DNA of 64,000 nucleotides from Bacteroidales bacterium. Its GTDB lineage: Bacteria > Bacteroidota > Bacteroidia > Bacteroidales > UBA10428. The DNA lies in contig JAFGPL010000099.1 in the NCBI GenBank assembly GCA_016936215.1, positions 4,190-68,189 on the forward strand, written 5' to 3'. The position numbers and the translations under genes are program-made. Shown here in pieces: positions 26,872-38,631 of this stretch. Below the pieces are notes generated by a model. It worked only from the letters and a program-made list of their open reading frames with translations. It made no database searches and was not told the DNA's origin. How positions within the stretch are numbered: position 1 is the first letter of the stretch; each line of letters opens with the position of its first letter.

Positions 26872-27825
26872 ATGGCTGCTTTCAGATTCTTCTCAAAATC
26901 CAACAAACAGGAGTTGGAAAAAGGACTCGAAATTACCAAGGAAAGTGTTTTTAAAAAACTTTCAAGGGTTGTTGTTGGTAAGTCATCAGTTGATGATGAG
27001 GTGTTGGACAACCTTGAAGAAGTGCTCGTCTCTTCAGATGTCGGCGTTGATACCACGATTAAAATTATTGAAAGAATTGAAAAACGGGTCTCAAAAGACA
27101 AATACCTTGGTGTTAACGAGCTGAACAAAATACTTAAAGAGGAGATAGCTGCACTGCTTGAAGAGAATAATTCGGGTACGGTACTCGATTTTGCAGATGA
27201 ATTACCTAAAAAGCCTTATGTTATTATGGTTGTAGGGGTGAATGGTGTTGGAAAGACAACCACAATCGGCAAACTTGCTTATCATTTCAGAAAAGCAGGC
27301 AAGCGCGTTATTCTCGGTGCGGCAGACACATTTCGTGCTGCTGCAGTTGACCAGCTAACCATATGGGCCGAAAGAGTGCAGGTACCCATCGTAAAACAGA
27401 AAATGGGAGCCGATCCTGCATCAGTGGCTTATGATACAGTAAATTCTGCCAAAGCAGGAGATTACGAGGTTGTAATTATAGATACTGCCGGTAGGTTGCA
27501 TAATAAGGTCAACCTGATGAATGAACTGTCTAAAATAAAAAAGGTGATGCAAAAAGTCGTGCCCGAAGCCCCGCATGAGATTTTACTTATCCTTGATGGT
27601 TCAACCGGTCAGAATGCCTTTGAACAGGCAAAACAATTCACACTTGCCACTCAGGTTAATGCATTGGCTATTACCAAATTAGATGGTACGGCAAAGGGTG
27701 GGGTAGTGATCGGTATTTCAGACCAGTTTAAAATACCGGTCAAATATATTGGTATAGGTGAAAAGCTGGATGACCTGCAAATATTCAACAAACATGAATT
27801 TGTCGATTCACTTTTTAACTCCTGA
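26872..27825 (+). CDS. ftsY: signal recognition particle receptor FtsY
   Basis: 317 aa. GVNGVGKTTTIGKLA, DTAGRL, TKLDGTAKGG. Confidence 0.9.
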   Translation: MAAFRFFSKSNKQELEKGLEITKESVFKKLSRVVVGKSSVDDEVLDNLEEVLVSSDVGVDTTIKIIERIEKRVSKDKYLGVNELNKILKEEIAALLEENNSGTVLDFADELPKKPYVIMVVGVNGVGKTTTIGKLAYHFRKAGKRVILGAADTFRAAAVDQLTIWAERVQVPIVKQKMGADPASVAYDTVNSAKAGDYEVVIIDTAGRLHNKVNLMNELSKIKKVMQKVVPEAPHEILLILDGSTGQNAFEQAKQFTLATQVNALAITKLDGTAKGGVVIGISDQFKIPVKYIGIGEKLDDLQIFNKHEFVDSLFNS

Positions 27826-27891
27826 TTACCATCAACTTAAGTTTATTTTTTGCCCGGTTACCAAACCCTATAATCCTAAAATTACCATAAA

Positions 27892-29205
27892 TTGAAAAAC
27901 AAAGGATCAGACAGTATTAATATAATTACATTGGGATGCTCCAAAAATACTGTTGATTCGGAGTTTCTTATGTGGCAACTCACATACGGACATGTGAAAG
28001 TCTTGCACAATGCGCCATTCGATGCAGCACCTATTCTTATTATCAATACATGTGGTTTTATTAAAGATGCGAAGGAGGAATCCATAGATGTAATCTTACA
28101 AGGTGTGCAGGCAAAAAAGGAAGGCAAAATTAACAGCCTTGTGGTAATGGGCTGCCTTTCGGAAAGATATAAAAAGGAGTTGGAACACGAGATTCCGGAA
28201 GTTGATAAATATTTTGGTGTTAATGATTTAAAGCAGATTACTGAATCTTTTGGTATAAACTATAAAAAAGAGCTAACCGGTGAAAGATTGCTTTCAACCC
28301 CCAAACATTATGCTTATCTGAAAATTTCGGAAGGGTGTGATCGTTCCTGTTCATTCTGTGCTATTCCGATGATCAGGGGTAAACACCGTTCAAAGTCTAT
28401 GGATGACTTGTTAAAAGAAGCCAGGTATTTAGGGGAAGCAGGTGTAAAGGAACTTATTTTAATTGCACAGGACTTAACATACTATGGAATAGATATATAT
28501 CGAAAACAGATGCTTCCCGAACTTGTTCAAAGGCTTTCAGACCTTCCTTTTTTTAGATGGATCAGGTTGCACTATGCATACCCTGCTTCTTTTCCGCGAA
28601 AACTGGTAGCAGTTATGAAAGAACGTGAAAACATTTGTAACTATCTTGATATTCCTGTCCAACATATTAGTGATAAGGTATTGAAAAATATGCGCAGAAA
28701 CCATGACAGCCTGAAAACAAGGGAGATTATAAATTTTATCAGGGGGGAGCTACCGTATGTTACCTTGCGCACTACATTACTTGTCGGGCACCCCGGTGAA
28801 GGTATAAAAGAGTTTCGTGAACTTGAGGAATTTGTTTTGCAGTCGAGGTTTGAACGTTTGGGAGTTTTTACATATTCTGAAGAAGAAGGCACCTATGCTG
28901 CAGCTCATTTTAAAGATTCGCTTTCGGGACCAACCAAGACCAAAAGAATGGAAAAAATAATGGGCATTCAGCAGCAAATAGCATTTGAGCTAAACAAACT
29001 TAAAATCGGTAAAGAATATGATGTGCTTATAGACAGGGAAGAGGGAGATTTTTATGTCGGACGCACAGAGGCTGATTCACCTGAGGTTGACAATGAAGTG
29101 CTTATTACAAAAAAGAAAGTTGCCCTTGAAACAGGCAACTTTTATAAAATAAAAATAACCTCATCCAAAGAATACGATTTGTTCGGGGAGGTTATTTCTT
29201 ATTAA
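27892..29205 (+). CDS. rimO: ribosomal protein S12 methylthiotransferase RimO
   Basis: 437 aa. N-terminal MTTase domain INIITLGCSKNTVDSE, radical-SAM CDRSCSFC, C-terminal TRAM-like domain. Confidence 0.85.
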   Translation: MKNKGSDSINIITLGCSKNTVDSEFLMWQLTYGHVKVLHNAPFDAAPILIINTCGFIKDAKEESIDVILQGVQAKKEGKINSLVVMGCLSERYKKELEHEIPEVDKYFGVNDLKQITESFGINYKKELTGERLLSTPKHYAYLKISEGCDRSCSFCAIPMIRGKHRSKSMDDLLKEARYLGEAGVKELILIAQDLTYYGIDIYRKQMLPELVQRLSDLPFFRWIRLHYAYPASFPRKLVAVMKERENICNYLDIPVQHISDKVLKNMRRNHDSLKTREIINFIRGELPYVTLRTTLLVGHPGEGIKEFRELEEFVLQSRFERLGVFTYSEEEGTYAAAHFKDSLSGPTKTKRMEKIMGIQQQIAFELNKLKIGKEYDVLIDREEGDFYVGRTEADSPEVDNEVLITKKKVALETGNFYKIKITSSKEYDLFGEVISY

Positions 29206-29220
29206 TAATGCTAATTACTC

Positions 29221-31776
29221 TTAATTAAGTTTGGCAATCTGAGATTGTTCTTCCTGTATATGAACAACCTTGATGGTAATCTCTTCTTTCTTTTTACTAA
29301 AACCTACTGAAATTGTATCTCCTGATTTGACATCAGCTTTAATAATTACCTCAGCCATAGGGTCTTCCAGATATTTCTGAATAGCGCGTTTAAGTGGCCG
29401 TGCACCAAACTGGATATCATATCCCTTTTCTGCAATGTATTCTTTGGCTGCTGTTGTAAGCTTTATCTGGTAACCAAGTGCATTAATCCTTTCGTAGAGA
29501 CCGGCAAGCTCAAGGTCAATGATCTTAAAGATATCTTCTTTTGTAAGTGCATTGAACAATACCACGTCGTCAATACGGTTCAGGAACTCGGGTGCAAAGG
29601 CTTTTCTAAGGGCATTCTGAATTACACTTTTGGCATATTCATTCGAAGTTGACTGTTTTGCTGTTGTGGAAAAACCAACACCCTGGCCGAAATCTTTCAA
29701 CTGACGTGTACCGATATTTGAAGTCATAATGACAATGGTGTTTCTGAAATCCACCCTTCTGCCCAAGCTGTCCGTTAATTGACCTTCGTCAAGTACCTGA
29801 AGTAGAATATGATATACATCAGGATGTGCTTTTTCAATTTCATCGAGCAGAACAACAGAATATGGTCTTCTTCTAACTTTTTCGGTTAACTGGCCGCCTT
29901 CTTCGTAACCGATATAGCCCGGAGGGGCACCCACAAGCCTTGACACCGAGAATTTTTCCATATATTCGCTCATATCTATACGGATAAGGTTATCGGCTGT
30001 ATCGAAAAGATATTTGGCCAGTACTTTGGCCAACTGGGTTTTGCCAACACCTGTGGGACCAAGAAATATAAATGTCCCGATCGGTTTGTTCGGGTCTTTT
30101 AGACCGGCCCTGTTACGCTGAATTGATTTTACCACTTTCTGTATCGCTTCCTCCTGCCCGATGACTTTTCCAGTCAGTTCTTCCTGCATTTTCAGCAGAC
30201 GCATTCCTTCAGCCTGGGCAATTCTTTGTACCGGTACCCCGGTCATCATGGCAACAACTTCTGCCACTCGCTGTTCGTCAACAATTTCCCTGTTTCTGGC
30301 AAGGTCTTTTTCCCATTTTTGCTTTTCTTCCTCAAGCAATTCAAGATATTCTTTTTCCTTGTCCCTGAAGCTGGCAGCTTTCTCAAAATTCTGGTTTTTC
30401 ACAGCTTTAATTTTCTCAAGCTTGGTTTCTTCCACCTTTTTCTCCAGTTCAAGGATACGTTCAGGCACAACGATATTGGTGATGTGTACCCTGGACCCCG
30501 CTTCATCAAGAGCATCTATGGCCTTATCCGGCAGGTGCCTGTCCGAAATGTACCTGTTGGTAAGCTTTACACAGGCGTCTATTGCATCGGGAGTATAGAT
30601 TACATTATGATGGTCTTCATACCTTGATTTTATATTATTGAGAATTTCGATGGTTTCATCCATCGAAGTGGGTTCAACCATTACTTTCTGAAAGCGTCTC
30701 TCGAGTGCACCATCCTTTTCGATATGTTGCCTGTACTCATCAAGTGTGGTTGCACCTACACATTGAATTTCTCCTCTTGCAAGGGCTGGCTTAAGCATAT
30801 TTGCAGCATCAAGTGATCCTGTTGCCCCACCTGCACCAACAATGGTATGTATTTCATCAATGAAGAGGATAATGTTGGATGTTTTAGAAAGTTCGTTAAG
30901 AATTGCTTTCATGCGCTCTTCGAACTGTCCCCTGTATTTTGTTCCTGCAACAATGGCTGCAAGGTCTAAGGTAACAACGCGTTTACCAAATAAAACCCTC
31001 GACACTTTCCTGTTGATGATCCTCAGGGCAAGACCTTCTACAATCGCTGATTTTCCAACACCCGGTTCACCAATAAGTATCGGGTTGTTTTTCTTCCTGC
31101 GGCTAAGTATCTGTGCAAGTCGTTCAATTTCTTTTTCCCTTCCTACTATGGGATCAAGCCTGTTTTCTTCTGCTGCCTTTGTAAGGTCAACGCCAAAGTT
31201 ATCAAGCACCGGGGTATCTGAGGACGATTTTGATGATTGTTCGCCACTACTGCCCTTGCCTGGACCAAAGGAAGATGCTCCTTCATCTTCGTCCTGCGGA
31301 AACTCGCCCCTGGGTTCGGCAGCATTATCTTCGTGGTCGTCTTTTTCTTTTAATAACTGCATTTTTACTTTATCATAATCAATATTGTAATCAAATAAAA
31401 CCTGTGAAACCTTACTGGTCTCGTCCTTTAGCATGGCCAACAAAAGATGGCCTGTATCAATTGTGGTCTTTTTCAGCGATTTAGCTTCGAGATATACCAG
31501 TTTCAGAATACGTTCCGATGATTTTAATAATGGAATATTCTCGGTAGAAGTAATTTTAATGGGGCCTGAGGGGGTTATTTCTGCTTCTATATCTTTTCTC
31601 AGGTCATAAAGGTTTACACCCAGGGCTATCAGCACATCAATGGCAATCCCTTCTCCCTCCCTTAAAATACCAAGTAAAATATGTTCCGGGGCTATCTCGA
31701 TATTTCCAAGACGGATAGCCTCTTCTTTACTGTAAGAAAGCACATCTTTAATACGTTGTGAGAACTTTGAATCCAT
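29221..31776 (-). CDS. clpC: ATP-dependent Clp protease ATP-binding subunit ClpC
   Basis: 851 aa. Clp-N repeats, two AAA modules (GEPGVGKSAI, GPTGVGKTQLA), UVR-like FEKAASFRDKEKE. Confidence 0.9.
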   Translation of the reverse strand: MDSKFSQRIKDVLSYSKEEAIRLGNIEIAPEHILLGILREGEGIAIDVLIALGVNLYDLRKDIEAEITPSGPIKITSTENIPLLKSSERILKLVYLEAKSLKKTTIDTGHLLLAMLKDETSKVSQVLFDYNIDYDKVKMQLLKEKDDHEDNAAEPRGEFPQDEDEGASSFGPGKGSSGEQSSKSSSDTPVLDNFGVDLTKAAEENRLDPIVGREKEIERLAQILSRRKKNNPILIGEPGVGKSAIVEGLALRIINRKVSRVLFGKRVVTLDLAAIVAGTKYRGQFEERMKAILNELSKTSNIILFIDEIHTIVGAGGATGSLDAANMLKPALARGEIQCVGATTLDEYRQHIEKDGALERRFQKVMVEPTSMDETIEILNNIKSRYEDHHNVIYTPDAIDACVKLTNRYISDRHLPDKAIDALDEAGSRVHITNIVVPERILELEKKVEETKLEKIKAVKNQNFEKAASFRDKEKEYLELLEEEKQKWEKDLARNREIVDEQRVAEVVAMMTGVPVQRIAQAEGMRLLKMQEELTGKVIGQEEAIQKVVKSIQRNRAGLKDPNKPIGTFIFLGPTGVGKTQLAKVLAKYLFDTADNLIRIDMSEYMEKFSVSRLVGAPPGYIGYEEGGQLTEKVRRRPYSVVLLDEIEKAHPDVYHILLQVLDEGQLTDSLGRRVDFRNTIVIMTSNIGTRQLKDFGQGVGFSTTAKQSTSNEYAKSVIQNALRKAFAPEFLNRIDDVVLFNALTKEDIFKIIDLELAGLYERINALGYQIKLTTAAKEYIAEKGYDIQFGARPLKRAIQKYLEDPMAEVIIKADVKSGDTISVGFSKKKEEITIKVVHIQEEQSQIAKLN

Positions 31777-31984
31777 AAATTCAAATTGTTTTTAAATCTT
31801 GTTAAAATAACCACATTTATATGCAAATATAAGCATAAAAAGCCAACCTTTTTTTAACATCTTTTTGTTAATAATAAAAGAAGTATAACTAAGAAATAAT
31901 ATTTAACAAATATTTACCTTAGTGGTTTAATTTATTTTAAATTTACACTTTTTTTTTAAGAACGTAAAACATATTTAAAGCTTT

Positions 31985-34480
31985 ATGGCAGAAGGCGAAA
32001 GGATAATAAGGATAAACATCGAGGAGGAAATGAAATCGGCATACATTGATTATTCAATGTCGGTTATTGTTTCCAGGGCCCTGCCGGATGTTAGGGACGG
32101 TTTAAAGCCGGTACACAGAAGGGTGCTGTTTGGAATGTCTGAATTGGGCGTATTATCAAACAGGCCTTTTAAGAAATCTGCAAGGATCGTGGGTGAGGTA
32201 TTGGGTAAATACCATCCACACGGGGATACTTCGGTATACGATGCGATGGTAAGAATGGCGCAAAACTGGTCTTTGCGGTATCCGCTGGTTGACGGGCAGG
32301 GCAATTTCGGTTCAGTTGACGGAGACAGTCCGGCTGCTATGAGGTACACCGAAGCAAGATTGATGAAAATTGCTGAAGAAACACTCTCTGATATAGATAA
32401 AAACACTGTTGATTTCCAGTTAAATTTCGATGATACCCTGGAAGAACCTGTCGTCCTCCCGACAAGAATTCCGAATCTTTTACTCAACGGAGCCTCTGGT
32501 ATTGCGGTAGGGATGGCTACAAATATACCCCCACATAATTTAACAGAGGTATGCGATGCAACTATCGCTTACGTTAATAACAACGAAATTTCTATTGAAG
32601 AATTGATGCAGCACCTTAAAGCACCTGATTTTCCGACCGGAGGTATAATATATGGTTATCAGGGTGTTAAAGATGCCTATGAAACGGGTAGGGGACGTAT
32701 CGTTGTAAGGGCGAAGTCAGAGATAGAAATAACTTCCAGCGGCCGTGAAAAAATAATTGTTACAGAAATACCCTATATGGTCAACAAAGCTGAAATGATC
32801 CGCAAAACAGCCGACCTTATCAATGAAAAAAAGATAGATGGGATTTCTTACATCAATGATGAATCAGACCGCAACGGAATGCGGGTAGTCATTATTTTGA
32901 AAAAAGAGGCACAAGCCAGCGTTGTACTTAATAAGTTATTTAAGTATACCCAGTTGCAAACCTCTTTTAATGTAAACAGCATCACCCTGGTTAAAGGCAG
33001 GCCAAGGCTCCTCAATCTTAAGCAGATTATTAAGTATTTTGTCGAACACCGGCATGACGTTGTCATACGCAGAACTCGTTACGACCTGGAACAATCAGAA
33101 AAAAAGGCCCATATATTAGAAGGACTATTGATTGCGCTTGACCATCTGGATGAGGTCATCAGCCTTATTCGTGCCTCATCCGATCCTGAAACAGCCAGGG
33201 ATGGATTGATGTCTAATTTTAACCTTAGCGAGGTGCAGGCTAAAGCAATACTTGAAATGAGGTTGCAGAGGTTAACTGGTTTAGAGCGCGATAAGATCAG
33301 ACAAGAATATGAAGAACTTCAAAAATTGATTGCAAATCTAAAGCTTATTCTTGAAAATGAATCCATGCGTATGGACATTATTAAGGAAGAGCTCCAGGAG
33401 ATAAAAGAAAAATATGGTGATGCGAGGAGAACTGAGATTATTCCAAACGCAGAGGAATTCAATCCCGAAGACTTCTATGCAGATGACGACATGATCATTA
33501 CCATATCTCACCTGGGATATATAAAAAGAACTCCCTTAACAGAGTTTCGTACCCAAAGCCGTGGTGGCGTGGGATCAAAAGGCAGTGAAGCCCGCGATGA
33601 GGACTTCCTTGAACATATGTTTTTTGCGACCATGCACAATACCCTTCTGCTATTTACCGAAATGGGTAAATGCTTCTGGCTTAAGGTTTATGATATACCC
33701 GAAGGAACTAAAACTTCAAAGGGTAGGGCTATTCAGAACATTATCCATATCGAGCAGGGTGATAAAGTCAAAGCCTATATCAATGTAAAAACACTTGAGG
33801 ATAGTACATATCTGAAAAACAACTTCATTGTATTGTGCACACGCAAGGGAGTTATAAAAAAGACTTCCCTCGAAGCCTATTCACGCCCGAGACAAAACGG
33901 TATCAATGCCATCACCATAAGAGAAGAGGATATGCTGCTGCAGGCATGTCTTACAGACGGAAAGCATGAAATTCTCCTTGCAGTCCAGTCGGGTAAAGCT
34001 ATTCGATTTCCCGAAGCAAAAGTTAGGCCGATGGGAAGGAATGCTGCCGGAGTGAAGGGAATCACACTAAATACTGCCAATGATAAGGTAATTGGTATGA
34101 TTTGCATTAGTGATATATCAAGTACCTCTGTTCTTGTTGTTTCAGAAAAGGGTTACGGTAAACGCACCGAAGTAGAGGACTACAGGGTTACCAACAGGGG
34201 CGGAAAAGGTGTAAAAACCATTAATATTACCGAAAAAACAGGTAAACTTATTGCCATAGAAAATGTTACGGATAATGATGATCTGATGATCATCAATAAA
34301 TCAGGCATTACCATTCGCTTGTCTGTCTCCCAGTTAAGATTAATGGGCCGGGCTACCCAGGGTGTCCGCCTGATTAACCTCAGGACAGGTGATTCAATTG
34401 CCAGCATAACAAAAGTAATATCGCATACAGAAGAAGAACACCACGAAAGTGCTGATGAGGTGGAAGAACAGGCAGAGTAA
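31985..34480 (+). CDS. gyrA: DNA gyrase subunit A
   Basis: 831 aa. [16 protein letters not shown], active-site [14 protein letters not shown]-type [11 protein letters not shown]-terminal beta-pinwheel repeats and an acidic tail. Confidence 0.95.
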   Translation: MAEGERIIRINIEEEMKSAYIDYSMSVIVSRALPDVRDGLKPVHRRVLFGMSELGVLSNRPFKKSARIVGEVLGKYHPHGDTSVYDAMVRMAQNWSLRYPLVDGQGNFGSVDGDSPAAMRYTEARLMKIAEETLSDIDKNTVDFQLNFDDTLEEPVVLPTRIPNLLLNGASGIAVGMATNIPPHNLTEVCDATIAYVNNNEISIEELMQHLKAPDFPTGGIIYGYQGVKDAYETGRGRIVVRAKSEIEITSSGREKIIVTEIPYMVNKAEMIRKTADLINEKKIDGISYINDESDRNGMRVVIILKKEAQASVVLNKLFKYTQLQTSFNVNSITLVKGRPRLLNLKQIIKYFVEHRHDVVIRRTRYDLEQSEKKAHILEGLLIALDHLDEVISLIRASSDPETARDGLMSNFNLSEVQAKAILEMRLQRLTGLERDKIRQEYEELQKLIANLKLILENESMRMDIIKEELQEIKEKYGDARRTEIIPNAEEFNPEDFYADDDMIITISHLGYIKRTPLTEFRTQSRGGVGSKGSEARDEDFLEHMFFATMHNTLLLFTEMGKCFWLKVYDIPEGTKTSKGRAIQNIIHIEQGDKVKAYINVKTLEDSTYLKNNFIVLCTRKGVIKKTSLEAYSRPRQNGINAITIREEDMLLQACLTDGKHEILLAVQSGKAIRFPEAKVRPMGRNAAGVKGITLNTANDKVIGMICISDISSTSVLVVSEKGYGKRTEVEDYRVTNRGGKGVKTINITEKTGKLIAIENVTDNDDLMIINKSGITIRLSVSQLRLMGRATQGVRLINLRTGDSIASITKVISHTEEEHHESADEVEEQAE

Positions 34481-34582
34481 TTTTAAATGTTATTTACGAT
34501 AATATAAAATCTGGCAAAGTTTTTGAACAGATAATAATTAAGAATTATATTTGTTTTCATTAATAAATAAATAAAATCAGCT

Positions 34583-35884
34583 ATGAAGCATATTAGTTTA
34601 ATACTAGTGTTTTCCTTAAGTGCATTGTTGCTCAGGGGACAAGCCACAGCCCCGATAATTAATTACAAAGCGTTGGAAAACAAATTGGAGAAAAGTAACG
34701 AGACAATTGAGAACCCCAAAAAAAACAGTGACCCCAAAACCTGGTTCTCCAGAGGGGAACTATTTCTTGAAATTTATAACATAAATCTTCAGTATTTACG
34801 TAAAGGGATGACTTCCAATGAACTAAAGATTCTTTTTGGACAGCCCGGACAAGTACAAACAATTACTGAAGGGCAAAAAGTACTTGAAGAATATATTTAT
34901 GAACGTTTAAAAGTAGTTCTTGAAGCTGATGCTGTTGTTTCGTGGGAAGAAACAAAAAAGATACATGAAAATCCTTTGCCCGAAGCACAAAAAGCTTTTG
35001 AAAAAGCACTGGAACTTGATGTTGATAAAAAACTTGACAGCAAAATAAAAGAGCAACTTACAAAACTGAAACAGTTTTATGAAAATGAAGGGATCATCAA
35101 TTTTAACGGAAAGAATTATCAAAAATCTTATGAGAACTTCAGCAATGTATTAAAAATAAACAACCTTCGCGTAATGGAAGGTATTGTTGACACCCTGATT
35201 TATTACAGTACAGGCCGGGCAGCAAAGGAATCCGGAAATTATGATGATGCCATCACATATTTCAATAAGACACTGGATCTTAATTTTAGCGATCCTTATC
35301 TTTACATTTTCCTGAATGAATGTTACAAAGAAACAGGTGATTCTGCTAAAGCTCTTGAAACGCTGAAAGCCGGCTTCAAAAAACATCCTGATAATCAGCC
35401 AATATTAATTGAAATGATTAATTTTTACCTGATGAAAGGGGAGAGCGAAGCAGCGCTGGAATACCTGGGACTTGCCAAACAGGAAGACCCGACAAACACA
35501 TCATTTATTTTTGCAGAAGGTACAATTTTTGATAAATTAGGCCGTTCAGACGATGCAATTAATGCATATAAAGCTTGTCTTGAAATTGATCCTCAATATT
35601 TTAATGCATTATTTAATCTTGGCGTTGTTTATTATAACAAAGCTGTAAAAATAATTGATGATGCACAAAAAATTGATGACAACAACATTTACAACCAGGA
35701 ACTTGAAAAAGCTGAACAGGATTTTAAAAATGCCATACCACATATGGAAGAGGCAAAGAAAATTGCCCCGGAAAATGAGCTTTGCAATGTTCTGAGTACA
35801 TTAAAAACTTTATATTACCGTATTAAAGATGAAGAAAAACGTCTGGCTGTTGTTGATGAAATGACAATGAACGGATGCGAATAA
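34583..35884 (+). CDS. secreted TPR-repeat protein
   Basis: 433 aa, signal peptide. Multiple 34-aa TPR-like units (e.g. YDDAITYFNKTLDLNFSDP, SDDAINAYKACLEIDPQY). Confidence 0.7.
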   Translation: MKHISLILVFSLSALLLRGQATAPIINYKALENKLEKSNETIENPKKNSDPKTWFSRGELFLEIYNINLQYLRKGMTSNELKILFGQPGQVQTITEGQKVLEEYIYERLKVVLEADAVVSWEETKKIHENPLPEAQKAFEKALELDVDKKLDSKIKEQLTKLKQFYENEGIINFNGKNYQKSYENFSNVLKINNLRVMEGIVDTLIYYSTGRAAKESGNYDDAITYFNKTLDLNFSDPYLYIFLNECYKETGDSAKALETLKAGFKKHPDNQPILIEMINFYLMKGESEAALEYLGLAKQEDPTNTSFIFAEGTIFDKLGRSDDAINAYKACLEIDPQYFNALFNLGVVYYNKAVKIIDDAQKIDDNNIYNQELEKAEQDFKNAIPHMEEAKKIAPENELCNVLSTLKTLYYRIKDEEKRLAVVDEMTMNGCE

Positions 35885-35888
35885 ATTA

Positions 35889-35920
35889 GAAAAGGGGGAA
35901 AGTATTTTCTTTTCCCTTTT
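35889..35920. terminator. hairpin between convergent genes (possible bidirectional terminator)
   Basis: aaaagggggaaag-tatt-ttcttttccctttt is an imperfect stem between the TPR gene (+) and the CotH gene (-), with T/A runs on both sides. Confidence 0.45.
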
Positions 35921-35991
35921 ATTTTAAAATTTTCTATTTAACATAATATTAATTATAGGACAATAATATTCTTTTCTTTTCAGTTTTTTTT

Positions 35992-37623
35992 TTAATATGC
36001 CTTCCGAATAATCTTCCCTGAATTAGATAAAGCCCCATTTATATATAACGTATAAAAAAATATGTTACCAGATTCATCTAACTCATTTGCATCAAATACC
36101 AATTCGGAAATTCCAAGGTTAAATGACTGTTTTCTGCAAGCAACTATTTTTCCAAGCGAGTTAAAAATAAATACTTCAATCTTGGAATATTCTGCAAGGT
36201 TTAAATGAAAAATTAGCTTCTCGTTAACAGGATTAGGATATAAAACAACCTGATCTGTGCCGGCAGAATAATCTGCAAAATGCTCATTTACCGTTACCGG
36301 TATAATTAAATCCATTTTTGTGTCAAGCCAATCGAGCCTGTCAGCTATCCATTCTTTCAGGTGCTCCACTTCATTATAATAACTTCCTCCAATATATGGA
36401 TTAGGCCACACATAGCTATTTAAAATATTAAATTTCTGGAAATTTCTTTTTTGCGCTTTGTCGAGCAGACCAGCACACGAGTCAATTAAATCGAATATGC
36501 TATCAAGGTGAAATGCGTTGTTTCTTAGTTCATTCCACCTGTATTTCAGGCATGTATTAAAATAAGGATCTTCCCTCAGCCTGTCCCACCAAAATGGGAT
36601 TTCGTACCAATCGCCCTTACCGATTCCGTCGGCTGTCCAGCCTATGGTGTTCTGCGCCTGGAAAAAATTACCATTTCCAAATCCGAGATTATAATCCCAT
36701 AAGGGGCTCATATTTAATTTTCCCCCTTTACTGTCCTTGTCTTTATGAAAATAAACGCTGCACCTGTAACCATCAAGGTCCCTGCTAATTTCTGTAACGA
36801 TAAAATAATCAACAAATGAGATAACATCAATATATGCACGGTAACCTAAGACAAGGTCTTTAAAATTCTGGCCATGCAGCGCATATTCGAAATCTGTAAT
36901 ATAATCCCTGATGTATTGCCTTTGTTGCAATGTGAGCTCATCATAGGCCGGATCGAGGTAACTAATGGGTACATCAACACTGCCAGTTCTTCCCATAAAT
37001 GGTGAATTCCATGACCCCGGCCTGTCCCTGTCTATTCTCATAATGTATCCGCCGGTTAGTTCATCACCATCATTATCTTCCGGCTTAAGTTTTGCAATAT
37101 CAACCCTGTTTTTATCAATTTTTATCTTTTCGGTTAATACATATACCCCTCTGTACTCTTCATTAATAAACACTTCGCAGTAATGAGTTCGTGGTGACCA
37201 TCTGCCTTGTGAATGGCCAAGATGGTATGCAAGGACATTTCTGATCATTGTTTTATCTGAATAAGGACCGTACAAAACCCAATCGTTTTCGGCCGGCATC
37301 CCCAATAAAGTAACATTTTTGTTGGTACCTGAATCAGTTCTGGTTTCTATTGTAAAACTTTTTTTTTCAAAGAGAAGCTGGGATGTATTTCCCCTGGTTT
37401 CAATACCGACATATCCGTCATATTCAAATGTTTTATCGGTAAGCCGGTTAATCGTATCCGGATTATTAATAACCTTCATCAGAGCAGTTATTTTTGTCTC
37501 ATCAGGGATTGATTTGCCCTGGGTATTGATTAGGATCAATGGCAGGTTACTCTCTGTGACATTTTGCGATAATGCAATTTGAAATACGAAAATGCCTGCA
37601 GTTAAAAAGATACATTTCATCAT
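35992..37623 (-). CDS. CotH-family protein with T9SS C-terminal sorting domain
   Basis: 543 aa, signal peptide. CotH-like blocks YRGVYVLTEKIKIDKNRVDI and WDYNLGFG. C-terminal LYPNPVNEKLIFHL... beta-sandwich tail. Confidence 0.75.
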   Translation of the reverse strand: MMKCIFLTAGIFVFQIALSQNVTESNLPLILINTQGKSIPDETKITALMKVINNPDTINRLTDKTFEYDGYVGIETRGNTSQLLFEKKSFTIETRTDSGTNKNVTLLGMPAENDWVLYGPYSDKTMIRNVLAYHLGHSQGRWSPRTHYCEVFINEEYRGVYVLTEKIKIDKNRVDIAKLKPEDNDGDELTGGYIMRIDRDRPGSWNSPFMGRTGSVDVPISYLDPAYDELTLQQRQYIRDYITDFEYALHGQNFKDLVLGYRAYIDVISFVDYFIVTEISRDLDGYRCSVYFHKDKDSKGGKLNMSPLWDYNLGFGNGNFFQAQNTIGWTADGIGKGDWYEIPFWWDRLREDPYFNTCLKYRWNELRNNAFHLDSIFDLIDSCAGLLDKAQKRNFQKFNILNSYVWPNPYIGGSYYNEVEHLKEWIADRLDWLDTKMDLIIPVTVNEHFADYSAGTDQVVLYPNPVNEKLIFHLNLAEYSKIEVFIFNSLGKIVACRKQSFNLGISELVFDANELDESGNIFFYTLYINGALSNSGKIIRKAY

Positions 37624-37770
37624 GATTGAATTGGAAATAAGTGTAAATATAACACTTTAAATGGTATTTTATTAAATACCGACAGCATTTTAATTATTGA
37701 GTCTTTTTACTACCAGTTCTTTTTATACGTGGTAGACATTTACCTTTCTGTCTGCAGGTTTAACCTACGA

Positions 37771-38631
37771 TTATTTATATTCTTCAAGGTATTCAACAAA
37801 TTTTTCCATTGTATTGAAAGATACATCCCTCTCGCTTGCTGAGGTAATCCATGTTGCAAGGTATTTTGCAGGTTTTGATATAAGCTGAAATTCTTTATCA
37901 GATTTAATAACCTGCTCATAATCATCTGGATTGTATATTATTCCGGCGCCAATAGCAAGCTGGAATGCAGCGACATCTTCGGGGTGAATGCCCCAGGTGC
38001 AGATAAAATTGTCTCCCTGTCTGGTTTGGGTATTCTTATGGTAATTAATTCCTGTCAAGAAATGAACAGGCTTATCGCAAAGGGCAAAAGCTTCTACTTT
38101 CGCTTCCCTGATGCCCGAAAATACAGTAACCCGGACCAGAATGTCAATACTGTCCCCTTTGTAAGGAACACCTTCTGAAAGCATTTCCATGTAAGAAATA
38201 TTTGCTTCTTTAAACACACGGGCTGTCCTTTTTTTTACAGGATTGAGGAAAACCGGTTTTTCACCGTCCCAAAGACGAACCCCACCGAGACCTACTGTTG
38301 ATCCTACTTTGTACTGGTCTGCCCCCCACCCTTCTTTTTGCTGTTCTGGTGTCGGGTACCAGGCAGCTTCCAAAAGCTCAAGACGGGTTTGTGATTTGTT
38401 GTAAACATCAATAGCCACTTTATGGTCAAAGTATATCCTCAGACCCAGCCATTCATTTTCAATTGCAGGGCCATGATGGCCTAGTTTATTATATAAATTC
38501 CCTGTTTCAGAACTTATCTCGGCTTCCTGTTTTTCAGAATCTTTCCATTTCAGGCTTATAGCAGTTTTATTTTGTGAAAAACCGGAAGGAAAAATATAAC
38601 CTATTGCAAGAATTAATAAAAATGTTCTCAT
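37771..38631 (-). CDS. secreted protein, DUF4861-like
   Basis: 286 aa, signal peptide. GPAIENEWLGLRIYFDHKVAIDVYNK resembles my memory of DUF4861. Not verified. Confidence 0.4.
   Translation of the reverse strand: MRTFLLILAIGYIFPSGFSQNKTAISLKWKDSEKQEAEISSETGNLYNKLGHHGPAIENEWLGLRIYFDHKVAIDVYNKSQTRLELLEAAWYPTPEQQKEGWGADQYKVGSTVGLGGVRLWDGEKPVFLNPVKKRTARVFKEANISYMEMLSEGVPYKGDSIDILVRVTVFSGIREAKVEAFALCDKPVHFLTGINYHKNTQTRQGDNFICTWGIHPEDVAAFQLAIGAGIIYNPDDYEQVIKSDKEFQLISKPAKYLATWITSASERDVSFNTMEKFVEYLEEYK

Noticed and set aside
26840-27128. ORFs 26840-27124 (+) and 26847-27128 (-) overlapping the start of ftsY
   Set aside because: The ftsY frame (26872-27825) has clear SRP-receptor motifs. The alternates have none, and 26840 begins inside the upstream terminator T-run.
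30161-31484. Long plus-strand ORFs inside clpC (145, 133, 178 and 84 aa)
   Set aside because: These are antisense shadow ORFs within a strongly supported ClpC coding region. Their translations are low complexity (S/F/L-rich) with no motifs. The same reasoning applies to antisense or alternate-frame ORFs inside the AKR gene (1666-2156), bglX, the ATPase gene (12606-14343), gyrA, hydB, hydA, typA and the GH2 gene.
37655-37730. Hairpins ggtattt-tatt-aaatacc and ctaccag...gtggtag between the DUF4861-like and CotH genes as terminators
   Set aside because: The stems are short and neither is followed by a U-run on the relevant (minus) strand. They are not distinguishable from chance in AT-rich sequence.
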